From Lepidodermella squamata (taxonomy: Eukaryota; Animalia; Gastrotricha): 64,000 nucleotides of DNA. Shown here in pieces: positions 38,249-50,229 of the stretch. The position numbers and the translations under genes were made by a program. The stretch lies in the NCBI GenBank assembly GCA_047495785.1, contig JBLDXI010000015.1, positions 1,488,001-1,552,000 on the forward strand, written 5' to 3'. Within the stretch, counting starts at the first letter, position 1; the number at the start of each line of letters is the position of its first letter. The notes under the pieces are model-generated. The model had not been told where the DNA came from. It saw only the letters and a list, made by a program, of their open reading frames with translations, and ran no database searches.

Positions 38249-40498
38249 TCAGCGCCTAGGGTTGAGAATTCCACGCGAAGTTGGAAAAGCAGCCGAGTCG
38301 TTGCTTTGAGCGCTGCCACGCGATGATTTCGCCGATTTTTTCGCCGAAGTCAAGTTCTGCCGCTGGCCACGACCACCCCGGCCTGGCGCGTCGATGTCAA
38401 GATCGCCTTCTTCATCGGCCAACGCTGCTTCAAGAGCAGCCTGCACCTGAGGAGCTATAACCGGGGCGTCGTAGTCGGACGTTGTTCTAGCTGGCATATC
38501 CAACTCCAACATCAAAATATTCTCGCGACGATATCGCGGGTTGGTCGAAACTGAAGCTGCAATGCGCGCGAATTCAGTAACTGGGAGTCGCTTGTTCGAA
38601 TCGGAAAAACGAGAAACGGCGGGTTTACCTCCCTCTGAGCCAGCGGGTTGAAGAACCCAGCTGTCCTCTTCCTCATTGAAAGTCGCCCGCTGTTTCAAAC
38701 GATCAATTTCCGTCGGCGGGATGAAGCTCTCCATCATCAACTGCTTCAGACGAAGTTCCCTGAGCAGCGCCTGTTGAGTTTGCTCCAACTCCTGCCGCTG
38801 TCTAGCATGTTCGCTGGCTAGATCTTGAAGTTCCTGTTTCGCAGCTTGGTGCTTCGCGAAGAGTTTTCGCAGTTTCTTGGTTTTCGACTCAACTTCTTGA
38901 GCGAGACTGGTGTAGGTTTCCTGCAGTTCTAATGCACTTTCCTCCTTTTGAAGGAGGGCTTGCTCTAACTCTCGCTCGCGTTGCTTCTGCTCTGCGATTT
39001 GGCGCTGCCTTTCGTTTAGCTCCCGCTCTTGTTGCGCAGTATGGTCGACTATATCCCGCCCTTCCCCGGCTGCTGTCCCTATCAACAATTTCGATTCCAT
39101 CGCTTTGATTTTCGCTGCTAGCTGGTTCGAGGCTTCTTGTTCCTCCTTCAATTTCCGTTTACGCTCATCAACTGCACCGAGTAACCGCTCTCGTTCACTA
39201 GCGATTAAAGAAGCGTCATTCATGATTGCAGCTTTCTCTTTCTCCAATTTAGCCTGTTGCTCTTTGGCGAATTCCTCCACGGCAGCTTCGTCATCTCCAG
39301 CCGGTCCATCATCTTCGTCGACATCTTCCATTTCACCAGTTTGAGGGTTCAACTTACGCCGTGGACCGCCGCCACCTTTCTCGGTGAGATGAGCCTTCAA
39401 ACGGGCGATCTCTTCCTGAAATTCACGCAATAAAGCGTCTTTTGGATCTTCGTTGATTTTCGGCGCGTTTTTGATCTGTTTCGCTCGACTTGCGTAACGA
39501 AGTGTTGAAAGCGTTTCTTCGTAATTGTAATTCGCAGGGCCGATATTAGCGACCATTACGGTTTTTGAGTTGCCACCGAGTGAGTCTTGAAGCAATCGGG
39601 TTAGTTTAGAATCTCGATACGGGATGTGGGTAGATTTCGCGTCAACCAAAGCACTGATAACGTTACCCAGAGCAGATAACGATAAATTGATTTTAGTAGC
39701 TTCTTTCAGACGCTCACCGGTTGCGCCGGTTTTAGCCTGGCGCTCGCTACCGGCTAAGTCGACAAGATTCAGCTTTCCAACTCTGATATGCTGCTTTCCA
39801 TCAGGTCCTTCTTCGCTGCATTCGACTGTAAGGATGAAGATGGCATGCGATCGGGAGGATTGCTCGTTCATGTTAGTTGCGCCAACTGCGCGATTCGAAT
39901 TGCCGATATTCATAACTTGGTCGAGCTCTTTTACACCTTTGGCAACAAAAGAGGATAAATCTTTTACATAGGTGCCCGTGTCTGGACGTTCCCTCAACTC
40001 CAATCGACGAGTTTGATCTCGAGCAAGTAAGTCTCGAACCTCTTCCTGGTAGATCTCCAGGTAGCTTGCCCGGACTAGATATTGCTGATTTCGAGAACCT
40101 GAAATGTGGTTGAAAATTTGTTCGAAAGAATTCGGAATGACACCTCGCTCCTCTGGCTTGTCCTTCACACCTTGCATAGTGTGGGTTTTACCGGTGCCAG
40201 TTTGACCGTAAGCGAATATGGTAGCGTTAAATCCATCAAGGCAACTTTGAACCAGGGAGCTGAATGTTTCGTCGTATAAATCGCGCTGCTTAGAGTTCCA
40301 ATCGTAAACAGCATCATATGTAAAAGTCTTCGGCATTTCGCCAGCACCAACAGCCGGATTCCTCAACTCGACCAGGCCTTTACGGGCGTCCATTTCGACA
40401 ATTCGCTCGTGACCAGCTTCGATTTCGCCTTTTGATAGTGGCCGGCATCTTACAATGACTCGCACGCACTCCGTTTTACTTGAAGCCGGCAGAGCCAT
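38249..40498 (-). CDS. KIF3B: Kinesin-2 motor subunit KIF3B-like, intronless CDS
   Basis: N-terminal motor domain ([19 protein letters not shown]), [17 protein letters not shown] neck, coiled-coil stalk, and KIF3B-type tail ([11 protein letters not shown]..., FPTSRG). Confidence 0.92.
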   Translation of the reverse strand: MALPASSKTECVRVIVRCRPLSKGEIEAGHERIVEMDARKGLVELRNPAVGAGEMPKTFTYDAVYDWNSKQRDLYDETFSSLVQSCLDGFNATIFAYGQTGTGKTHTMQGVKDKPEERGVIPNSFEQIFNHISGSRNQQYLVRASYLEIYQEEVRDLLARDQTRRLELRERPDTGTYVKDLSSFVAKGVKELDQVMNIGNSNRAVGATNMNEQSSRSHAIFILTVECSEEGPDGKQHIRVGKLNLVDLAGSERQAKTGATGERLKEATKINLSLSALGNVISALVDAKSTHIPYRDSKLTRLLQDSLGGNSKTVMVANIGPANYNYEETLSTLRYASRAKQIKNAPKINEDPKDALLREFQEEIARLKAHLTEKGGGGPRRKLNPQTGEMEDVDEDDGPAGDDEAAVEEFAKEQQAKLEKEKAAIMNDASLIASERERLLGAVDERKRKLKEEQEASNQLAAKIKAMESKLLIGTAAGEGRDIVDHTAQQERELNERQRQIAEQKQRERELEQALLQKEESALELQETYTSLAQEVESKTKKLRKLFAKHQAAKQELQDLASEHARQRQELEQTQQALLRELRLKQLMMESFIPPTEIDRLKQRATFNEEEDSWVLQPAGSEGGKPAVSRFSDSNKRLPVTEFARIAASVSTNPRYRRENILMLELDMPARTTSDYDAPVIAPQVQAALEAALADEEGDLDIDAPGRGGRGQRQNLTSAKKSAKSSRGSAQSNDSAAFPTSRGILNPRR

Positions 40499-40606
40499 GA
40501 TTTAATAAAAACTCCCCTACAAAACAGCAAGGCATAGTTATATCAAATAGATTCAGTCCATCGCCGATAGTATGCAAAGAAATAATTGTCGCCTCAAACC
40601 TCAACA

Positions 40607-40902
40607 GGCACGGTGGCTCAGTTGGGTCGTTGAGCTGCTGTGTATCCGAGGGGATATCGCTCGGGACTGGGTTCAAGTCCTAGTGACGGAACCAGGATCG
40701 AGTCCCCCTAGGCCCCGCGGTGGTTTTACCAATCCATCGCGTTACAAAATAGAAAATTGGGAGACTGGGAGTGTCAGCTAGACTGCACCAGTCAAATCCC
40801 GTCATACGGAAATCTTACTCACTTACGATAAGACCTAGGGCTAGAGTAAGTGGCATGCTTCTAGCCCTCAAAGCTCGCTTTGAAACATAAATTATTATTA
40901 TA
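40607..40902 (+). mobile_element. tRNA-derived SINE candidate
   Basis: A box TGGCTCAGTTGG, B box GGTTCAAGTCC, 3' stem-loop agggctaga...tctagccct, and an (ATT)n tail. Confidence 0.65.
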
Positions 40903-41049
40903 AACTGTTCAGTTAAAATGAGCGATTACAAGCAATTGGGAATGTAAGAAAAGATTTCTGCTGTAGAGTGAGAAAAGAACTGACTTAGAGAAGATCTGAG
41001 TAAATATTCTCGAAAGAGCATATCAATATTCAAGCACATTGAACATTTG

Positions 41050-41345
41050 TCTCAGATTAACTTCTTTCCGTCAGGGCTACTCTAATTAGTGATTGCTTCC
41101 ATTTTCTCAGCCTGTAGCTTGTCGCAAGTGCTCCTTGTAAGTAGCGCTAAAATTAAGCAATTTGAGATTTGAGATGATGATATCACAAACGAGCTGCTGT
41201 ATTTATGATTTAGCTATTGCATAATCTCAATTCTATCAAGCCTTTTCGAGCATCCATTTCGACAATTCGCTCGCGCCCGGTTTCGATCTCGCCTTTTGAT
41301 AACGCTCGACATCTAACAACGACTCACACTCACTCTGTTACTCTA
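41050..41345 (-). pseudogene. Fragmented KIF3B duplicate
   Basis: 41336-41226 translates [35 protein letters not shown] versus [37 protein letters not shown] in KIF3B. A PDGKKLI piece near 41085-41055 resembles PDGKQHI. Confidence 0.8.
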
Positions 41346-41965
41346 ATAGCGGGTGGCGCAACGATGAAAAGACTTTATGGCTACGCTAAAATGTGAGTTT
41401 TACCAGGAACCCGATGTCTCAGACGCCAGACGAATGTGTGTGAAGCGTAAAGCTACCCCTATTTGCAGGTATTTTCGATTTTCATGGGTTGAGCGTCCGT
41501 AGCAATATCAAGGCATATGAATTTTAGAAATTCACACGATTTGTGTTATTTTGGTTGATACAGTTTCAATAAAATAATCAATGGGAATAATGGTATATGA
41601 ATTTTGAGATTTTGAAAATTCTTTTGGCGCCCAATGTTGTCCGAGCTTGATAGCGTCGTCAGCTCGCTTTAGCGTAGCAGGTGCAGGTGTGGCACCAGCA
41701 TTTGCGAATTGCATGCGTGCTTCTTCAAGACCTCGATACTCAGACGGACAACTGATTGCAGCATATGGCGTTCTGCTTTAATTGACTTGATTCGAGACAA
41801 TTTTTTAGGGTAAATATCCATCAGTGCTATCTTTACCTGGTTCCTGCGCATCCTTCATTTGATCCGTAATCATGTCTTCTCATTACCCATTACTAAGTTA
41901 TCCTCTAGTTCATCTCGTTGTCATAGTTCATATTTTTATTTAGTTGCTTTTGTGTAAGCTTTGCT

Positions 41966-43588
41966 ATGTCGGGTGGATTCGGCCTATTCGACGCCGAGTG
42001 CGCCGATGAAAGTGCCGGAACACGCCTTGGTGCGAGGTTTGGCTTGAATAGAGACCAAGCCCTGCACGAACATGAAAGATCAGGCAGAGCTGGTCACCTT
42101 CAACCTGCGACTTTTAACATGGCTCAACTGCTGAATCAGATTAATGGTGTTGAGCCAACTCAGCAAATGCATCCTCAACCGCCGTTACCTCATCGACCAC
42201 CGCAGAATGAAGCATCAAACATCGACCCGTCATCTTTGATGATGGAAGCTGCCGCTTACCCAGCTCCAACACAATTCATGCCAATGCCACATTTCATGCC
42301 ATTTGGGCAGGCTATTGATTTCCACTATGCAAATACAATGATGCCCCCCATGCCGCTGGGACCTGCTGAAGACCGGCAAGTAGCTGACGCTTGGGATGAT
42401 AGGTTAATGAGTTTGAGCTGGCACGAAGCGATAGCTAATCGAGGAGGAGATGTACCACCCCCTTCGGATTTAGCTGAAATGCCGTGGGAGGAAGTCAGAA
42501 GCGAACTCGAGAGTCATGATGCTATATCATCCGAGTTCTGGTCTGAACAGCTGAGATTTGGTGTTCAACGGCGCCAGCAACTTGAATACGAGTTCGAATT
42601 CCCAGCGCATGAAGACGAAACTATGCACGACGCCGCGTGGGCATTGGCGGAGGGCCTGAAAGCGCTAGCCGCCGGTGACGTTCCTACCGCTGTTTTTCTG
42701 CTGGAAACGTCGGTACGGGCTGATCCAACCAACGCAGAAGCCTGGTATCAACTCGGAACTGCACAGCAGCTGAATGAAAATGACAAGGCTGCTATTTCGG
42801 CTCTACAAAAATGCCTCACTCTGGACGCCAAGCACCCATTAGCTCGCATAGCCTTAGCAGCATCATTCACCAACGAACTTCGTAGAGCTGACGCGTTAAT
42901 TTCTTTGGCTGAGTGGACTGATCTGTATATTAATGATGACGATGGAGACGCTGTTCAACGAAGGCAAAGATGGGAGGCGATGGGTGATTATGGTGGTTAT
43001 ACATTCCAACAACAACTCTTCGCCGAGGCTGAGTCGCGATTACTCAAAATTCTCGAATCTAACCCTGCAGAAGATGTTGTAGCCAATGTCGAGTCAGCTC
43101 TCGGAATTCTGTATAATATTAGCGAAGATTACGAAAAGGCAGCTTCTCACTTCGAGCGTGCAATAATATGCCGGCCTGAAGATGCTGTGTTATACAATCG
43201 CTTAGGTGCAAGTTTGGCGAATGGTGATCGAAACGCAGAGGCGATCGCCGCTTATTGCCGAGCCCTTGAACTATCACCTGGGCTTCTTCGAACCCGGTAT
43301 AATCTCGGAATCGCCTCAAGCAATATGCATGCTTACAAGGAGGCTGTTCAGCACTTCCTGTCTGTTTTGAACAAGCAAAGTGACACAAGATCGGCGTTTG
43401 TTCCGATACCACCTCCAAGTAGCACTGCCTCGGGCGGTTTAACTCGATCAGGGGCATCCACTTCCGTCTGGGCGAGTCTTCGCATGGCCTTCCTAGCGAT
43501 GGATCGACGCGATTTATATGATTTAGCCCTCGATCAAAAGCTAGAAGAGTTGAATCAAGCGCTTTCTTCCATTCCGAAAGATGATTGA
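41966..43588 (+). CDS. PEX5: Peroxisomal PTS1 receptor PEX5, intronless CDS
   Basis: N-terminal Cys (DAEC) ubiquitination site, TPR domain with NENDKAAISAL, ASFTNE, LYNRLGASLANG and RYNLGI. Confidence 0.92.
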   Translation: MSGGFGLFDAECADESAGTRLGARFGLNRDQALHEHERSGRAGHLQPATFNMAQLLNQINGVEPTQQMHPQPPLPHRPPQNEASNIDPSSLMMEAAAYPAPTQFMPMPHFMPFGQAIDFHYANTMMPPMPLGPAEDRQVADAWDDRLMSLSWHEAIANRGGDVPPPSDLAEMPWEEVRSELESHDAISSEFWSEQLRFGVQRRQQLEYEFEFPAHEDETMHDAAWALAEGLKALAAGDVPTAVFLLETSVRADPTNAEAWYQLGTAQQLNENDKAAISALQKCLTLDAKHPLARIALAASFTNELRRADALISLAEWTDLYINDDDGDAVQRRQRWEAMGDYGGYTFQQQLFAEAESRLLKILESNPAEDVVANVESALGILYNISEDYEKAASHFERAIICRPEDAVLYNRLGASLANGDRNAEAIAAYCRALELSPGLLRTRYNLGIASSNMHAYKEAVQHFLSVLNKQSDTRSAFVPIPPPSSTASGGLTRSGASTSVWASLRMAFLAMDRRDLYDLALDQKLEELNQALSSIPKDD

Positions 43589-43668
43589 AAAAATATAGAT
43601 TTCTTGTTATTGATTAAATAATTTATTGATTATTTCTCTGCGTTTCTCGATAGGCTTGTTGATTTTTA

Positions 43669-46600
43669 ATGATGATGGCTACTCCAACAGCGCCGACTTG
43701 GTCCGTTTGTTACAAATTGGTGAAAGAGTCGCGAGTATTACAACAACAAGCGACTAAACGTCTACCCCATGACTTCATTTTTACTCAAAAAGATGAACAA
43801 TTAATGAGGTTTGTTTTCGAAATTTCTTGAATATTTAAATCATTTTGCTTGGTTTAGGATGTATTTTCTTGCCGAAGTTCCTGGCCGTACCGATGATACA
43901 ATTTATTGGTGTGATGTACCGTTATCATCTCTACCGAGTATGATCATCGACCCAGCCCAGGCGCTGTCTGGAGTTTTGCGGAATATCGAAGCTTACCGGT
44001 TAATCGAGGCAAAAGACGCTAAATTACTTCTCGGCCAACCGACCCGTGAAGAGCAGCTACTCCGAGAACGGCAGAGAATCGTCGCGTACGGCATAACTTC
44101 GTATGAACACGACGCGAATTCTGGTCGAATCGTATTCCCAGCCGCCGGTCAGCTCTACTCAATTATCGACCATCGCGATTTTCAAGACGGCGTTCTCTCC
44201 AGCCCGGTTTTACCCGAAGAAGTTGCATTGCCGAGGGGTGACCATCTAGCAGGTTCAGCGGCCATGTGCCCGGCCATCTGCCCCGCTGATGGCAATTTTG
44301 TTGCGTTTGTGCAAAATAAAAACGTCTACGTATCCTCTCGATACAACAACACGGTTCATCAACTCACCTTTGAAAGTAAGTTGAAAACTTGAAATTTCAG
44401 GAATTTGTTTCTTGAAAAATTCTTGAAACTTGCCTAATTTATTGATTAATTAGAGATTAAAATTCATTATAATAAAATAATTTTTTCAGATGGCGCTGCT
44501 GACCGCTCTGCTGGTACTCCGTCTTACATAATTCAGGAAGAATTCGACCGATACTGCGGCATGTGGTGGAACCCGGCGAAACACGGCGAGTCGTTGTACC
44601 TGATGTACGAAGTGGTTGATGAAAGTACGGTGGAACTCGTCAACCTACCGTCGCACAGCGCCGATTTCGTGCCACGCTCTGAGCCATTCCGTTTCGCGCG
44701 AGCCGGAACGCCAAACGCTGTTAGCGAACTTCGCCTGTGCCAAATTAGCGGCGATATTTCGCTAGCATGCGCTGAAAACGTCAACCAAAGCCAACATTTC
44801 GCTATTCGGCATTTCAAACTCGCGCGGCCGCTTCAAGAAATCTACCCGGAATTTGAATATTTAATTCGCGCTGGTTGGGCTAATGAAAAATTGTAAGTCT
44901 TGTTAAAATTAAGGCGGAATTTTTGAAATGATGATTTGCTAGCATTATTTCAAGGCCTTGATACTCCCGATTCTTATGAATCGGTGAAATCATTTAATAG
45001 GCCTTGGGAATTGATGAAAAATCTTCTCGCTGATTGATTTATATCCACATTGAATTTTCCAATTTTTATCTGAATTTTTTTAAATATTTTAATTTTTAAT
45101 TCCAGCGCATATTGCGTGGTTATGAACCGTTTGCAGACTGAAATGAAGATTTTCCTCTTGCCACTCGATTATTTCGTGCCATTTGACGAGAAAAATGGTC
45201 GACCGTGTAACAACGGGAATGGCCATCACGCTCAATGCAATGCTATTCAATTGTACTCGGAAACGTCTGCGTTTTGGGTGAAAAGCACTGACGCGTACAA
45301 ATTTTTGTCGATTTCGCCTTGTGGCGGTAACCCACAGCAATTTACGGCTAAATTCATTTGGTCGAGCGAGCGCTTCACCGGTTTTAATCACTTGTACTTC
45401 AACGAGGTGATTTTCGACCTGGCCGGTAATATTTTCAGCACATGGGAGTGCGATATCAGCGATGGCCAGAGTTGTTTGGGCGATTTTGAAATTCGAGTCT
45501 CGCCCCCGATGCCGATAAATCCGAACGAGCCGAATGGTCGGAAACACCGTGTCGTTTGCTTCTGTGCCACTGGACCTAGCCCGATTGAATCGCATCTATT
45601 CGCTGTTGGCATCGACGATAACGCGAATAGCACGGGAACTTCGTTGATGACGACTCGTTGCTATCGCTTGACTCAATCCGGTTACTATCATTCCGTTGAA
45701 GTTGCTGATGTAAGTTGATTTTCGTCAAATTTCAAAATTATTTTTCGTTTTCTTGGAATTTTTAATGTCAATTTACAGACGTTTTTCGCAGAAATTAACT
45801 ATCCCAAATTTGTTAAAGGCAATAAAAAAACTATTTTCCCACCCAGGATCGTGCAATTTCTTCGTTTATTTAGCGTCTAAGTCAATACGTTGTTATAATA
45901 TTCACTCGGAATTTTTATGATAGCATTTTAATGTTCTCGGCGAGCTGTCTAGGCGGTGAGTTCGCGCTCATGCGTCCTGAATTTCGAGCAAATTAGGAGA
46001 ATATTTGACGCCTAGAAGTGTTACAGCGGCTGTCTGTTAAATTTTAATTGACCCTAATTTCACTCGAGTAAGTGCTAAAATGAATAAAATAGCAATAAAT
46101 AAACTTTTTGTCAAAGGATTCTCCCGTGAATTTTATGGATCGGAGATTATAGGAAAATTTTATTGATTTATTGAAAGGTTCTTTTCATAGAGAAATCTGA
46201 GACTCATTTTGTTGCGCCTTACGATTTTAACTGAAGTTATTCGAGTACTAGGCAGCAATTTTTTCGAGATGATTTCGACCGTTCACAAAGGAAGAGCAGG
46301 GTTCTCAAAATTTTCGAGAAAAGGAGATTTTTATGCTGCTATGAAGTAGATGTCAAACGATATCAATAAATTGATCGGATTTTTTGTTACTAACGTGACT
46401 TCGAAGTTTTTTAGCGGAAAATTTGAATCTCAAATATTGGTCAACAAATTCAAATTTCTCGCACGTCTTATTACATCTTTGAAAGCGATGTTCATTTTCG
46501 CTGTAAACAAAGAAACTTTTATATACCTACGTTATATAAATGAAGAAAGGCCTGAGAAGTGATAGTCCTGAGTAAAAAGTGGGAAATATATGGATCTCAT

Positions 46601-49600
46601 GTAGCATTGTATGATTTTGAATGAAATTGAATTTTGAATTATAATTGCTATTTTTTTATTTTCAGAATTGCGCGCTGTTCATAGACCGTTTTTCGAATCT
46701 TGACGAGCAGCTTCAGTTAGTTGTTTCAGCCATCGTAGTTCAGCCATGCGAGCCGAACCCAATAATTGCGTCGCAACCCATGGCGAGAATCGTCCTCCAC
46801 TCGCCGCAACCCTCGCCACTCACCCCGAGCCACGGTATGCCCGGCGAGTACCCGCAACAATCGCCGCAACACAACACGACGCCAACTCGGGGCGGCAATG
46901 TCCTATCGCAGTCGCCTTCTGTCTGCACGGCAAATGCGACAATAATTCGAAACCCGGACTCGGTCGCGTCACTTCGGCCGCCGAAGCTTTTCTCGTTCCA
47001 GAGCCAAATTTCAGGCGATGTCGTGTACGGACTGGTTTTCCCGCCGCCTGAACACCTCGAAAAAACGAAACGGCCATCTATGCTGTACGTGTACGGCGGG
47101 CCGGGCATTCAACTGGTTAACCTCGAGTACAAAACTGGGCGGTACTTTCGGCTGGCGCTGGCGGCTTACTACGGCATTCCGGCGATTATTGTCGACTGCC
47201 GAGGCTCGGCGCGGCGGGGCCGGGTCTGGGAGAACCATATTGCGCAGAATATGGGCCAAGTTGAAGTCGCCGAGCATGTTGAAGGTAGGAATGCAACAAT
47301 TTTTTACCGTATCTTTCTGACATAGTTCAAAGCTTGATTGTAAGTGTACACGGTGTTCTTTATATTCGTGTTGGGGCCCGAGCCAGATTTCGGCCCGTAC
47401 GCGTTCGGGCCGGCCCGTACGCAGACGGGTAACAATGATTTGCCACTCCGCGCTCCGGCCGGTCTATAATGTGCCCGTATGCGACGTTCCCTGTAAATTT
47501 AACAAATTCGATAAAATCACGCTTCACCGCACACGGGCCGGGCAAGGTGTTAGCCCGAGCACGGCGGAGAACAATGGGATAACAATGAGAGAACAATATT
47601 ATTAAGAAAATTGGATTGATTAATTTCAAGTTTCCAATTCAGCAGTGTCCGCAGTGATATTTCTGAAATTCAAGTCTCTTAAAAGTTATGCGTACAAGAA
47701 ATGGATGAAAAATTAAGTATAACAGTTCACTTCAATTTTAATTGGTATCGGAAATTAATAATTCAGATCATGATTAATTAGAAAATATCACGTTGAATTA
47801 GAACAGACCATGAAGTTTAAAGTCAGCACGATTCAGCTGCGACATTAAGCGGATAGTTTTTCATTAACTAAAATTTGTTGGGCTTTGCAAATGATGGAAG
47901 AGCCATCCCGACCAGGAAGTCGTTTGAGAAACCTAGGATCCCCGCCTTAGTAGGTAGCGTTTTACGGATAGGCGAGTTAAACTTTTTCTGCAGTTTTGCA
48001 AGCGTTACGTTGACTTTCGAGATACATAATGACTATTTTACCCCGAATATTTAACACGCGGCATTGAATGTCAGAGTTCGAGTTTAATTATTGGGCAAGG
48101 TCGATATTCAACGTCCACGATAGCCAGATTGTCTACGTCAACCACGTGTCGTCTGGTTAAGTCCAAGACGAAAATAGCTCATCCATTATTTTTTCTTTGA
48201 CCTTGGACACCCGGTATTTTTGCAATTTCCACATCAGGCGAACGTAGATGATGAAATCGGCTATTAAATACTTGAAAGAAGACTGTAATTTGTGGCGAAC
48301 CGTGATTGGGCGAATGTCGAGGGGCTTATATTTCGTTAACTACGGCATTTTACACTTCTTTCTTGATGAAATGCGGAAAAGATGTAAAACATTTGAATTC
48401 GAAGCCTTCATTTGCAATCGCAATGAGATTTTTGAAATACGTGCAAGAAGCATACCTGGGCAACAACTCCGGCGAAAAATGTGAGCAATAAATTTATCTG
48501 CTTTCGGTCCTTGTTAAAAAGAAATACCTCATGGCTGTGTAGCTCTCTGAACTTCTCGAAGCCGAAACGGACGAGTTTATCGGTTTCTCTCCGATAAGAA
48601 AAGAGCACTCTCGGCCGTATTGCCGTTTTCGGCTATGTTAAAGCAAAATATCCAGGCCCATTTGAGCCGAACGTAGAATCATCAGCTTGGGCTTTTCATT
48701 TTTTATTCAATATTACAGTGAAAGTTGTTTAATAGTTAAATAGTTGTTTTATAATTTTATTGTGTAAACCGGACTCTCTAAACCGGACTGGTGTATAAAC
48801 CGGACGGATTTGGGGCTCGAAGTCCGGTTTATGCAATAAAAAGTCCAATTTTCTATATAATTTTGAAGAAAGTGCCAGGCCCTGCCTGACAAGAGTAGCC
48901 TCAAAATTTCGAAAAAAAATTCAACTTCCAAATTATTGCGAATATAGCTGAATATAGCTGAATATGTTTATTATTTATATTAAAATTGTCGATTCCGTAA
49001 TAAAAAACTATTACTTAGCTTCTAAAACTTGAAAATTCCATGAATTTCACGTGGTATGTCCTATACCGGACTCAGTCCGGTTTAAAATAATTCGGACTTT
49101 CTCTAAACCGGACGATTTTGCCTGGCACGACCTTAGTCCGGTTTAGACAACTTTCACTGTATATGATTTGCTCGTTATCTACGAATAGTAGAAGAAATGA
49201 ACATAATTAATTCATGCACGAACTTCGTGGGTCAAGGTGTAAAATAACAAAAAATATTGAACATGTTAACCATTTTTCAGGACTCGACGCCGCAGCTGAG
49301 CGATTCCCATTTATCGACCGCGAACGAGTCGCAATCCACGGCTGGTCCTACGGCGGTTATTTGTCGCTAATGGCCCTCGCCCAGCGGCCTGACCGCTTCA
49401 AAATGGCCATTTCCGGCGCCCCAGCCACCGACTGGCGCCTGTATGACACAGCCTGGACCGAACGCTACATGGGCATGCCGCCCAACGGCGCCCACTCGCC
49501 GCCCAGCGCCATTTCAGCGTACCACGTCGGCTCAGTGCTATCACTGGCGCACCGCTTCCCGGACGACCCGGACCGGCTGTGGCTGGTTCACGGGCTGCTC

Positions 49601-49771
49601 GATGAAAACGTGCATTTCGCGCACACCGCCGCCCTCCTCGACGCGTTGAACCGAGCCGGCAAGCCGTATCGGCTGTACGCGTACCCTAATGAACTGCACG
49701 GGCTGCGGCAGCCGGAAAACTACGCCCACTGCTGTGCCCTGCTGCTCTACGCCCTTCTCAACTACTTGTGA
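43669..49771 (+). CDS. DPP9: Dipeptidyl peptidase 8/9 (S9B); exons ~43669-43808, 43858-44375, 44490-44892, 45105-45709, 46666-47284, 49281-49771
   Basis: REEQLLRERQRI, SYIIQEEFDRY, YVYGGPGIQLV, catalytic GWSYGG, LDENVHF and HGLR; no signal peptide or TM. Confidence 0.92.
48716..49159. mobile_element. Tc1/mariner (pogo-like) MITE in a DPP9 intron
   Basis: TA|CAGTGAAAGTTGT...ACAACTTTCACTG|TA with subterminal taaaccggac repeats. Confidence 0.8.
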
Positions 49772-50229
49772 TCAAATGCAACATTTGTTCGATAGACGAA
49801 GCCAATTAAATGAATAGTGACAATTTTAGTTATTATTATTATTATTATTGAAAATTATTGATTAATAACTGTGTATTATACATACTTAGCTCAAGTTTGC
49901 GTTTATTGTAATCGGCGTTTTTTGTTTCATCTTTCTTTCGTTTTTACTGTTGCTGATAGGCTGATAATAAGTTAAACTGGACAAGTTTTAGCCGCTGTTT
50001 TCTTGCTGCAATGATGACCAGTATTCTCGCTGCAATTATTATTGTTTCATTTTTCTTCCTGTTTATCGTTCCGTATATATAAAATAATGGTAATGTTGCG
50101 TTGTTAAGGTGCAATTGAATTTCTGATAGAAAAAATTACATGCAATCAATTAAAAAATCAAAAAATTCGGCTTGCGATTTTACGTCATGGCTTTTGTTTA
50201 TTCTGAATTTTAGGCAGTTGGGCTTGATT

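Noticed and set aside
40607-40690. Functional tRNA (e.g. Sec, Ser or Leu)
   Set aside because: No proper acceptor or anticodon stem can be formed, and it continues into a body and simple-repeat tail like a SINE.
47348-48216. Old Tc1-like element and GC-rich ggcccg repeats in the DPP9 intron
   Set aside because: The putative termini match only 9 of 12 bases, so boundaries cannot be supported.
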